Source of the DNA: an uncultured Pseudomonadota bacterium
GTDB taxonomy: Bacteria > BMS3Abin14
DNA length: 18,143 nucleotides
Reading direction: 5' to 3'
Assembly (NCBI GenBank): GCA_964454175.1
Contig: CAYVSA010000022.1
Coordinates: 1 to 18,143 of the forward strand
This document shows positions 6,392-13,944 of this stretch, piece after piece. The position numbers were made by a program, and so were the translations under genes. The number at the start of each line of letters is the position of its first letter. Position 1 is the stretch's first letter. The notes below the pieces were generated by a model. That model saw nothing but the letters and a program-made list of their open reading frames with translations, did no database searches and was not told the DNA's origin.

Positions 6392-8560
6392 TCAGGCTCC
6401 AGTGCTTTTACTGCGAAGGGGAAGGCTGAAACGAACTTCAAAGATACCATCATTCTGGTTGGATTCGTAACCAAAGCTTCCGTCAAGGTCAGATATCCTC
6501 CGTTCCATATTCTTGATCCCCTTTCCGAAAACCAGACCATCCTTTCCGGGCACTTTTCCGTCGTTTTTTACAATACCGGTTATATGGCCATCCTGAAATT
6601 CCCATTGGACCCAGAAGTTGCTGGAATGGGCGTGGGTGAAAGCGTTGCTGGCCGCTTCTGAAAGCACCCTGGATATGTTTGTCAGCTGCCTCGGAGTCAG
6701 GGGACGAGTGTCCTCGCATGATCCCGGTGACCAATGAAAAAGGACTCCTGCTCCCTCACACCGTTCCCTTAATTCGTAACGCCACTTGGCCATTGCCTCC
6801 TCCACAGAGACAATCGTGTCCGGGTTTATGCTGTACGTGATGTCCCGCAGGGCTTTGAGTGTCTCCCTGGTGAGGTTCATCTGTCTCCTGCTCTTTGCGA
6901 GATGTACCAGGGACAATAGCCTCCCGCCGATGTCGTCGTGCAGGTCGCGCATGATCCTCTCGCGCTCTTCACCGGCACCCCTGTTGTAGGCGGCAATGCT
7001 GTCTTCCGCCTGGCGGGCTATTTCGAATATTTCTTTAGCAAGACGAAGATCAGATGGTGAGAACAAGCGGTTGCCGTGATCTGCCATCTTCAAGACAATA
7101 GAACCGGTGCCTTTAAGTGCCGGGATAACCATTATCTCCCCATATTTTTCGAGCCTTCCCTCGCGGATATTCTCTGGTGTCTCTTCCAGTGACAGTGGCC
7201 GAAAAACCTTCCTCAGAACATCTTCCCAGGCGGCTGTACCGTCCTTTTCCCTCTCGAGGATGGCAGCGATTATTACAGGCAGGGCAACCTCGAGATTTTT
7301 AGGCGAACTGCCGTACAGCCTGCCCCACAGCCACTGGCGGACCGGAAAGTACAGCCAGCCTGTCAGAACAAGTGAGATAACAAGAGAAGTCGATGAGTTG
7401 GATATGATCGTTAATGAAAGGAATGCATCCAGGGCGAGGATAAAGACACCGGCGAAAAACCACATCCAGATGTTGATCCACCAGCGGTCGATGTCGAACA
7501 ACCGGTACTTCAGTACGCCCATAGCCAGGGAGATGTACATGAGCATGACGGAACCGAGCCCGGCGCTTATGGGAACGACCGCGTGTCCATATATTACGCC
7601 CAGGGCAAAGTATATGAACCACGCAAAGCCCACAAACCCCAGGTACCCGAGCAGGAACCACTTGAGGGCCGCCCTGTCCACGGGCTGCTTAAGGGACCTC
7701 CTCCACTGGAGAACGCCTATTGTCAGGCCGATAGCAAGATATATCGTTGGCTGGATAAATACACTGTGGCCCGGCAGATCGGTCCACTGGAACTGTTCAT
7801 TCAGCATGAAGAAGGTAACCATCAGGGCGAGGAACCTTGTGACGGGCAGGGTGCTGAGGCGTGAGGGATAAAAGTACAGGAGCCCGATCCCTAAGGTGGT
7901 GTAGATGCCGTTGCCTGTGTGATAGAGGGTCCGTACGGCGTGGATCAGGCTGGGGTCTAATGCCAGCTCTCTTGAAACGATGACCGCGATCGAGGTCGTA
8001 GTGATCAGGAACCCTGCACCCGAGCCGAAAAAAAGCCTGGGAGCGATGTCCTTCGGACGGACCGCAAATACACCCGCTCCGATCATGAGTACAATTATTC
8101 CAATTATGTTAAGCATCCAGAATTGCGGGGGAAGAGAAGAGACGGGTCTTCCCGGGGCAGGCTGCACCCTGACTTCCCGGCCGTCTTCGAGGAGAAGTTT
8201 GACGATCGGCTCCCGGAGTATCCCGGCCATCCTGCCCTGGCGTGATAAAAATATGTTGTATCCGGCGAAGGTGGGGAAGATATCGGGGTCTTCTACCAGG
8301 TCATTGTTTTGGATCCGGATCGACTTTCCTGATGTTGCTTGAAGTGAGAGGATGTTGTCGCCGGGAGAGAGTATAAGGGCGGCAGGGCTGTTCCTGTTTA
8401 TGCTGGTTACAAGGGCTCCGGAGTTGCTGTTAAGTGATTTTAGGTTTACTCCAAGCCATGGCTGCTGGACCGATATCCAGACTGAGGCAGCCACGCACAT
8501 GATGCCCACGGCAGCTGCGATAAACAATACGCTGTAGGGAGCTCTCAGGCTGTGTGTCAA
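6392..8560 (-). CDS. Membrane sensor histidine kinase (N-terminal PDZ-like domain, multiple TM helices, HisKA_3 + HATPase_c), 722 aa
   Basis: TTG start with AGGAG RBS. After TM1, QPWLGVNL...LVTSINRNSPAALILSPGDNILSL is PDZ-like. About 8-9 further hydrophobic segments follow. H-box ERERIMRDLHDDIGGRL; N-box EAASNAFTHA; G2-like GKGIKNMERRI..LDG. Confidence 0.93.
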   Translation of the reverse strand: MTHSLRAPYSVLFIAAAVGIMCVAASVWISVQQPWLGVNLKSLNSNSGALVTSINRNSPAALILSPGDNILSLQATSGKSIRIQNNDLVEDPDIFPTFAGYNIFLSRQGRMAGILREPIVKLLLEDGREVRVQPAPGRPVSSLPPQFWMLNIIGIIVLMIGAGVFAVRPKDIAPRLFFGSGAGFLITTTSIAVIVSRELALDPSLIHAVRTLYHTGNGIYTTLGIGLLYFYPSRLSTLPVTRFLALMVTFFMLNEQFQWTDLPGHSVFIQPTIYLAIGLTIGVLQWRRSLKQPVDRAALKWFLLGYLGFVGFAWFIYFALGVIYGHAVVPISAGLGSVMLMYISLAMGVLKYRLFDIDRWWINIWMWFFAGVFILALDAFLSLTIISNSSTSLVISLVLTGWLYFPVRQWLWGRLYGSSPKNLEVALPVIIAAILEREKDGTAAWEDVLRKVFRPLSLEETPENIREGRLEKYGEIMVIPALKGTGSIVLKMADHGNRLFSPSDLRLAKEIFEIARQAEDSIAAYNRGAGEERERIMRDLHDDIGGRLLSLVHLAKSRRQMNLTRETLKALRDITYSINPDTIVSVEEAMAKWRYELRERCEGAGVLFHWSPGSCEDTRPLTPRQLTNISRVLSEAASNAFTHAHSSNFWVQWEFQDGHITGIVKNDGKVPGKDGLVFGKGIKNMERRISDLDGSFGYESNQNDGIFEVRFSLPLRSKSTGA

Positions 8561-8620
8561 CGTCTCTCCTGGCCGGTCGTACTGCTGTCATGAAGGTTGA
8601 TGCCCCCTTTACTCCACGTA

Positions 8621-8648
8621 ATTTTAGCCGAAAAAGATTAAATTTCAA
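8621..8648 (-). promoter_or_regulatory. Putative sigma70 promoter of the kinase/regulator pair
   Basis: Minus-strand TTGAAA (8648-8643), 16 bp spacer, TAAAAT (8626-8621), in an AT-rich spacer about 60 bp upstream of the TTG start. Confidence 0.55.
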
Positions 8649-8708
8649 GGCGATATGGAACAATGTGAACAGAAATAATTCCTGATCTCTGTCACCCTTC
8701 GGCGTGTA

Positions 8709-10829
8709 TTACTCGTAGAACCGCCCGCTCTTAACAGCGAGACTGATGAGGTATTTTGAGGGCCTGAACCGCTCGTCGACGGTTTCAGCAAGGTCGTTTA
8801 ATGTCTCTGCAACGTGATCGACGCCGGTCACGTCCGCGTAGTGCAGCAGTCCACCCGTGAAGGGCGGGAACCCGGCGCCGAATATCATGGCTGCGTCCAC
8901 TTCGTCTGCTGTCTGAACGACGCCCTCTTCCAGGCAGAGACTGGCTTCGTTGATCATGGGGAGTATGAGTCGATCCACTATCTGTTTGTCGCTGAGCCCT
9001 CCTTTACCCTTGACGAAGGGCTTTATGAGCTTTTCTGCTTCCGGGTCCACTACGTGTCCGTCCGGATACTTGTAGAATCCGCTGCCCGATTTTTTGCCGA
9101 GCCTTCCAGCCTCCAGCATGGCCGGGAGGATGGGTGACAGGGACATCCTCTCACCGAACCCCTCGTAGAGGTTCTGTCCCGCGTGGGCGGCAATGTCCAG
9201 GCCCACCTGGTCAAGGAGTGTAAAGGCGCCCATGGGCATGCCGAACTCCTCCAGGGCCCTGTCTACATCCTTGATCGAGACGCCCTCCTCCAGGAGTCGC
9301 GCAGCTTCGTTGAGGTACGGCAAAAGCAGCCTGTTGACCAGGAAACCCGGGCGGTCTTTGACTACTACTGGTATCTTGCCCAGGCGCAGGGCCAGGGCCG
9401 ATGTTCTTTCCAATGTCTTCTTTGTTGTCTTTTCCCCTTTCACGACTTCAACCAGGGGCATCCTGTCTACGGGGTTGAAGAAGTGAAACCCGGCCACCCT
9501 CCCCGGAGAAGGCACGGCAGAGGCCATTTCGGAAATGGAGAGGGAAGAGGTGTTTGACAGTATCAGGGCGTCCTTTGTCACGGCTTTTGCGACGCCGGCA
9601 AGGACTTTCTTCTTAACGTCCATCTTCTCTGCCACGGCTTCTACAACTGCTCCGGCACTGCCGATGCCGCGCATCTGTGTGTCGACGGTCATGTAGGTTG
9701 GTATCCACTCAGCCTGCACACCGGTGTATCTTCCTTTCTTCCTCTTGCGGCTTACGTGCATGTTGAGCAGCGCGACCGCCTTGCCGAGCGCCTCGGTGGA
9801 CATGTCAATGAGGCGGACTTTAAATCCCCGCTCCGCGCCCAGTGATGCTATGCCGCCTCCCATTATGCCCCCGCCGATAACGCCAATTCCGGTTATGGCT
9901 TCAGCTGGTGCTTTGTCACCGCGGGCGAATTTCTCGCGCAGGAAGAACACCCTTATGAGGTTCTTTGACACTTCGGTTGCCGCCATCTCTCCCAGCAGCC
10001 GGGCTTCCATTTCGTATCCTTTTTCGATCCCGTGATGGTAACCTTCCTCAACGGCCTCGATGGCTGCCATGGGTGCGGGGTAGTGCTCGCCAGCCCTTTT
10101 CTCTACTTCGCTCCTTGCTCTGGAAAATATCCTGTTCCTTCCGAAACTGGTGGATTCCAGAAAGTGCATACCCGCTTCTGAAAACCTCTTTACCAGGGGC
10201 AATTTTCGCCTGGGCCTCGCGGGCTTTCTGACAAGGCTCCTTGCCGCCTCCATGAGCTTTTCAGGGTGTACGACCTGGTCCACCAGGCCTGTGCGGACGG
10301 CCTTGCGGGGGTAGACGTTTGCGCCGGAAGTTATCATCTTCACGGCTTCGGGTATCCCCACAAGCCTGGGAAGGCGCTGGGTACCTCCGAAACCCGGTAT
10401 TATCCCCAGCTGCGTTTCTGGAAGGCCGAGGAAAGTGTTTGGTGCATCGGTTGCAACGCGTCTGGTGCAGGCCAGTGCCAGTTCCAGGCCGCCTCCCAGA
10501 CAGGGCCCGTTAATGGCAGCCACCACCGTGAAGGGCAGGTCCTCTATGCGGGACATTATCTCCTGGCCGGTCCGGGCCAGCTCCTTGCCCTGCTCCGGGT
10601 TCGTGATGCCGACTATCTCGCCTATATCGGCTCCGGCGATGAAATTCCTGTCCTTTCCCGAGATGAAGATCGCTCCGTCGACGTCGTCGGCCATGTCCTC
10701 GAGTCTGGTGAGAATGCCTGAAAGCTGTTTCATGACAGCGGGCGTCAGCATGTTGACCTTCTCGGTGGGGTGATCGAAAGTGATTACCGCAATTCCATCA
10801 TCTACCTTGAGTTTGAATGAGTTCTTCAT
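8709..10829 (-). CDS. fadJ: Fatty acid oxidation complex alpha subunit (enoyl-CoA hydratase + 3-hydroxyacyl-CoA dehydrogenase), 706 aa
   Basis: Crotonase motifs FIAGADI, GGGLELALAC, GLPETQLGIIPGFGGTQRL; NAD-binding GGGIMGGGIA; NTSSL, HFFNP, PGFLVNR; adjacent to the thiolase. FadJ rather than FadB is inferred from the FadI-type partner. Confidence 0.93.
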   Translation of the reverse strand: MKNSFKLKVDDGIAVITFDHPTEKVNMLTPAVMKQLSGILTRLEDMADDVDGAIFISGKDRNFIAGADIGEIVGITNPEQGKELARTGQEIMSRIEDLPFTVVAAINGPCLGGGLELALACTRRVATDAPNTFLGLPETQLGIIPGFGGTQRLPRLVGIPEAVKMITSGANVYPRKAVRTGLVDQVVHPEKLMEAARSLVRKPARPRRKLPLVKRFSEAGMHFLESTSFGRNRIFSRARSEVEKRAGEHYPAPMAAIEAVEEGYHHGIEKGYEMEARLLGEMAATEVSKNLIRVFFLREKFARGDKAPAEAITGIGVIGGGIMGGGIASLGAERGFKVRLIDMSTEALGKAVALLNMHVSRKRKKGRYTGVQAEWIPTYMTVDTQMRGIGSAGAVVEAVAEKMDVKKKVLAGVAKAVTKDALILSNTSSLSISEMASAVPSPGRVAGFHFFNPVDRMPLVEVVKGEKTTKKTLERTSALALRLGKIPVVVKDRPGFLVNRLLLPYLNEAARLLEEGVSIKDVDRALEEFGMPMGAFTLLDQVGLDIAAHAGQNLYEGFGERMSLSPILPAMLEAGRLGKKSGSGFYKYPDGHVVDPEAEKLIKPFVKGKGGLSDKQIVDRLILPMINEASLCLEEGVVQTADEVDAAMIFGAGFPPFTGGLLHYADVTGVDHVAETLNDLAETVDERFRPSKYLISLAVKSGRFYE

Positions 10830-10830
10830 C

Positions 10831-12117
10831 TCATGCCCTTTCCAGGAGCACGGCGGCTCCCTGGCCGCCGCCTACGCAAAGAGTGGCAAGCCCCATGTCC
10901 ACCGACCTGCGGCGCATCTCAAGCAGCAGGGTGAGGATGAGGCGTGTACCCGAAGAGCCAACAGGGTGCCCCATGGCAATAGCACCGCCGTTGACGTTCA
11001 TGATACCCCTGTCGATGGCGCCGATGGCTTTTCTTCCCAGGAAGTGCTCTGAGAGCCTGTCTTCGGCAAAGACTTTTTCGTTGGCTATCATCTGCGCGGC
11101 AAAGGCCTCGTTCATCTCGATCAGGCCGATGTCTGAAAAGTCCACACCTGATTTTTCCAGCACTATGGATGTTGAGTAGGAAGGCCCGAGACCCATACGT
11201 TTCGGTGCCAGGCCGGCGAAGGCGTGATCAATAATAAATCCCAGGGGCTCTAATCCCAGCTTCCCGGCCGTCTTCTCGCTTGTCACCAGCACAACGGCAC
11301 CACCGTCTGTGATCTGGGATGAGTTGCCGGCAGTGACAGTGCCGTATTTCTTTTCAAAAACTGGCCTGAGCTTGGCAAGGGCCTCCATTGTCTGTTTAGT
11401 CCTTATGCCGTTATCGAATACAACGGCCTCTTCAAACTTGGGGGGCGGGAAGACCGGCATGATCTCATCTGCGAATTTTCCGTCTGCGTGGGCCGTCGCC
11501 GCCCTCTGGTGGCTGAGTAGTGATAATTCGTCCTGGGCCTGCCGGGTAATATCAAGCTCCCGTGCAAGTACCTCGGCGGTTTGTCCCATGTTCAGTCTGC
11601 AGGTGGGGTCGGTGAGGCCCAGCATCAGGCCTATCCTGGGTATGAGGTGCCTCGGCCTGATTTTTCCCAGTGCAGCTATTTTGTCCTTGATGCTTCCTGC
11701 CCGCTGGTACCTGGTAACTATTTCCTGGAGGTCGGGAGTTATGAAGAAGGGGATGTTACTCATGGACTCCACGCCGCCTGCTACGACTATTTCCGCCTCC
11801 CCGGTCTTGATGGACTGTGACGCCGACACGACCGACTGTATTCCGGAAGCGCAATTCCTGTGAACGGTATAGGCAGGTGTTCTTTCCGGAATGCCGGCAT
11901 AAAGGCCTATTACTCTGGCAACGTTGGCAGCGTCAGGCGGCTGTGCCACGTTCCCCATGATCACGGAATCCACGGCAGCCGGATCTATACCTGTCCGGGC
12001 GATAAGTTCAGCCGTGGCCAGCCTTCCGAGGTCCACAGCTGAGAACTCTTTAAGGACGGAGCCCGCACGTGTGTAAGGGGTCCTGACTCCCGCGACAACG
12101 GCAATCCTCGAACTCAT
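10831..12117 (-). CDS. fadI: 3-ketoacyl-CoA thiolase (acetyl-CoA C-acyltransferase), FadI/TFE-beta-like, 428 aa
   Basis: Catalytic motifs NCASG, NEAFA, GHPVGSSG, CVGGGQG; long helical insert after ESMSNIP typical of FadI-type thiolases; ATGA overlap with the upstream dehydrogenase. Confidence 0.93.
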   Translation of the reverse strand: MSSRIAVVAGVRTPYTRAGSVLKEFSAVDLGRLATAELIARTGIDPAAVDSVIMGNVAQPPDAANVARVIGLYAGIPERTPAYTVHRNCASGIQSVVSASQSIKTGEAEIVVAGGVESMSNIPFFITPDLQEIVTRYQRAGSIKDKIAALGKIRPRHLIPRIGLMLGLTDPTCRLNMGQTAEVLARELDITRQAQDELSLLSHQRAATAHADGKFADEIMPVFPPPKFEEAVVFDNGIRTKQTMEALAKLRPVFEKKYGTVTAGNSSQITDGGAVVLVTSEKTAGKLGLEPLGFIIDHAFAGLAPKRMGLGPSYSTSIVLEKSGVDFSDIGLIEMNEAFAAQMIANEKVFAEDRLSEHFLGRKAIGAIDRGIMNVNGGAIAMGHPVGSSGTRLILTLLLEMRRRSVDMGLATLCVGGGQGAAVLLERA

Positions 12118-13841
12118 GATCCGTTTTCCTCACTGCGCCCATCGGCGCTCTCGTGTTCCTTGGAAATGTCTCTGAATATCTTCCTGTGTACCCTCTCCCT
12201 CTTTCGCGGGTAGCAGCAGGCGTTGAGTTTGTGGTTCTCGGCTGCCTCGGTCAGAAAGTATGACAGCAGTGTCAGGTTCTCACGCACATCCTCACCCTGC
12301 TCCGTGTCCCGTTCGAGACCCGACAGCATGGAGAGGATAACGTAAAGGTCGATGGAAAGGTGGGTTATCCTTCTAAGCAGAAATTCCCTTTCAGTTATCT
12401 TCTTTCCGTGCCTCAGAATTCCCAGGAAGAGCAGGCGGCGGATGGCCCTGAGGTTTCTCTTTGCTGCCCGCAGTGCTTTTTTCATTGTCCTGTCCCGGTA
12501 CCTGATGCCCAGCTTCGGAGAGGTGATGCCCTCTTTTATAAGGTGGAGTGCCTGACCGATCCGCCCACGGCCGGAAGAAGACATCTCCTTGCCGATGGCC
12601 CTTGCCATGTAGAGGGCAGGGTAGATAGTGTGGATCTCGGAGGTGCCCTCAAAAACAGTCGTCACCCTGAAATCTCTCATGCGTTTTTCGTAGGGAAGGT
12701 TCTTCAGGTACCCCGCGCCGCCCGCCGTCTGCAGTGCGTCGTAAAGGGTGTCCCATGCGCGGGTAGTGCCGTAGAGTTTGACGTGGGAGCTCTCCATGGC
12801 AACGGGTGCAGTGTCGTTTTTTTCCAGGAGCTGAGATGTGGCTCCCATGATAGCCTTGGCCGCGTAGGCGTGGACCCTGGCCTTGACCATCTTTTCCTGG
12901 ATGAGCTCAAAATCCCTGATAGAAGTGCCGAACTGCTTCCTGGATGTGGCCCTGGCGAACATGTCCTCAACTGACTGATTCATTGCGCCCACGGAGGCGG
13001 ATCCAAGCCCGAGCCGCCCGTAGTTCAGGATAGTCATGGCTATTTTGAAACCGTCACCCGGCTTGCCCAGGAGGTTCTCAACAGGGACCTTGACGTCCCT
13101 GAAGCTGATAGCAGCTGTTGAGCTGGCGGCAAGTCCCATCTTTGCCATTTCTCTCCCGACTTTTACTCCGTTCCAGGCAGTTTCCACGATGAACGCGCCC
13201 ATGAAGCCGGTGTTTTCCGGATCCATCTGGGCGAAAGCCGTCAGACCTCCCGCATAGTTAGCGTTGGTGATGTAAGTCTTCTGGCCGTTGAGGATGTAGT
13301 GCTTCTTGTCGTTGGAAAGGGTTGCCGTTGTCTGGATGTGCTTGGCGTCCGAGCCGGTTCCAGGTTCTGTCAGGGCGTAGGCGAAGATCATCTCTCCGGT
13401 AGCGGCTTTGGTGAGGTACTTTTTCTTCTGCTTCTCGTTACCAAAGAGGATGATGCCTTTGAGACCTATAGAGAGATGGGCTGTCGGGGTCAGAGCGAGA
13501 GCCATGTCCGTTCCTGCCATGGCCTCCAGCACGCGCAGGTAGCCAGCGAGAGTGAGTCCGACACCGCCGTATTTTTCCGGTATGTTCAGGCCGAAAAGAC
13601 CTATATCGGCAAGGCCCTTGAAAAGAGGCTCGGGTATGGTCTTTTCTGCTTCCAGGTCAGCCGGTGAATAGTCCTTGATGAGGTCACGGTATCTGGCAAT
13701 TATCTCCTCGGCCCTATCGTCCCTGCCGGCGGGGGCAAGTTGAGTGAATCGCTCTTCATCAAAGCGGCCTGAATACAAGTCTTCGAGGAATCCCCCCCCG
13801 CCTTTGGCAGTCCCTGAAGTTTCTTTATTCCTGTCTGACAT
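12114..13841 (-). CDS. Acyl-CoA dehydrogenase, long form with C-terminal extension (VLCAD/ACAD9-like), 575 aa
   Basis: YALTEPGTGSDA, LNGQKTYITN, KMGLAASST, LNYGRLG, RKQFG, GGAGY, RDFRVTTVFEGTSEI (catalytic Glu), then about 150 aa of helical extension. Confidence 0.95.
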   Translation of the reverse strand: MSDRNKETSGTAKGGGGFLEDLYSGRFDEERFTQLAPAGRDDRAEEIIARYRDLIKDYSPADLEAEKTIPEPLFKGLADIGLFGLNIPEKYGGVGLTLAGYLRVLEAMAGTDMALALTPTAHLSIGLKGIILFGNEKQKKKYLTKAATGEMIFAYALTEPGTGSDAKHIQTTATLSNDKKHYILNGQKTYITNANYAGGLTAFAQMDPENTGFMGAFIVETAWNGVKVGREMAKMGLAASSTAAISFRDVKVPVENLLGKPGDGFKIAMTILNYGRLGLGSASVGAMNQSVEDMFARATSRKQFGTSIRDFELIQEKMVKARVHAYAAKAIMGATSQLLEKNDTAPVAMESSHVKLYGTTRAWDTLYDALQTAGGAGYLKNLPYEKRMRDFRVTTVFEGTSEIHTIYPALYMARAIGKEMSSSGRGRIGQALHLIKEGITSPKLGIRYRDRTMKKALRAAKRNLRAIRRLLFLGILRHGKKITEREFLLRRITHLSIDLYVILSMLSGLERDTEQGEDVRENLTLLSYFLTEAAENHKLNACCYPRKRERVHRKIFRDISKEHESADGRSEENGS

Positions 13842-13890
13842 CGGGAGCCTTCCTTTCTGGCGGGTGTCAGTAATTTAAGGCCTATTTATA

Positions 13891-13918
13891 AGTGTAGTGC
13901 GGGTTGCTATCGTGTCAA
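13891..13918 (-). promoter_or_regulatory. Putative sigma70 promoter of the beta-oxidation operon
   Basis: Minus-strand consensus TTGACA (13918-13913), 16 bp spacer, TACACT (13896-13891), about 50 bp upstream of ATG 13841. Confidence 0.65.
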
Positions 13919-13922
13919 GGTT

Positions 13923-13944
13923 AATATTAGTATATACTAAAATT
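13923..13944. promoter_or_regulatory. Palindromic putative operator just upstream of the fad -35
   Basis: Perfect 14-bp palindrome TTAGTATATACTAA (13927-13940), extending with one mismatch to AATATTAGTATATACTAAAATT (13923-13944). Confidence 0.5.

Noticed and set aside
8690-8708. Small CTTCGG-containing hairpin after the fadJ stop as a terminator
   Set aside because: The stem is short and imperfect and no U-tract follows on the coding strand.
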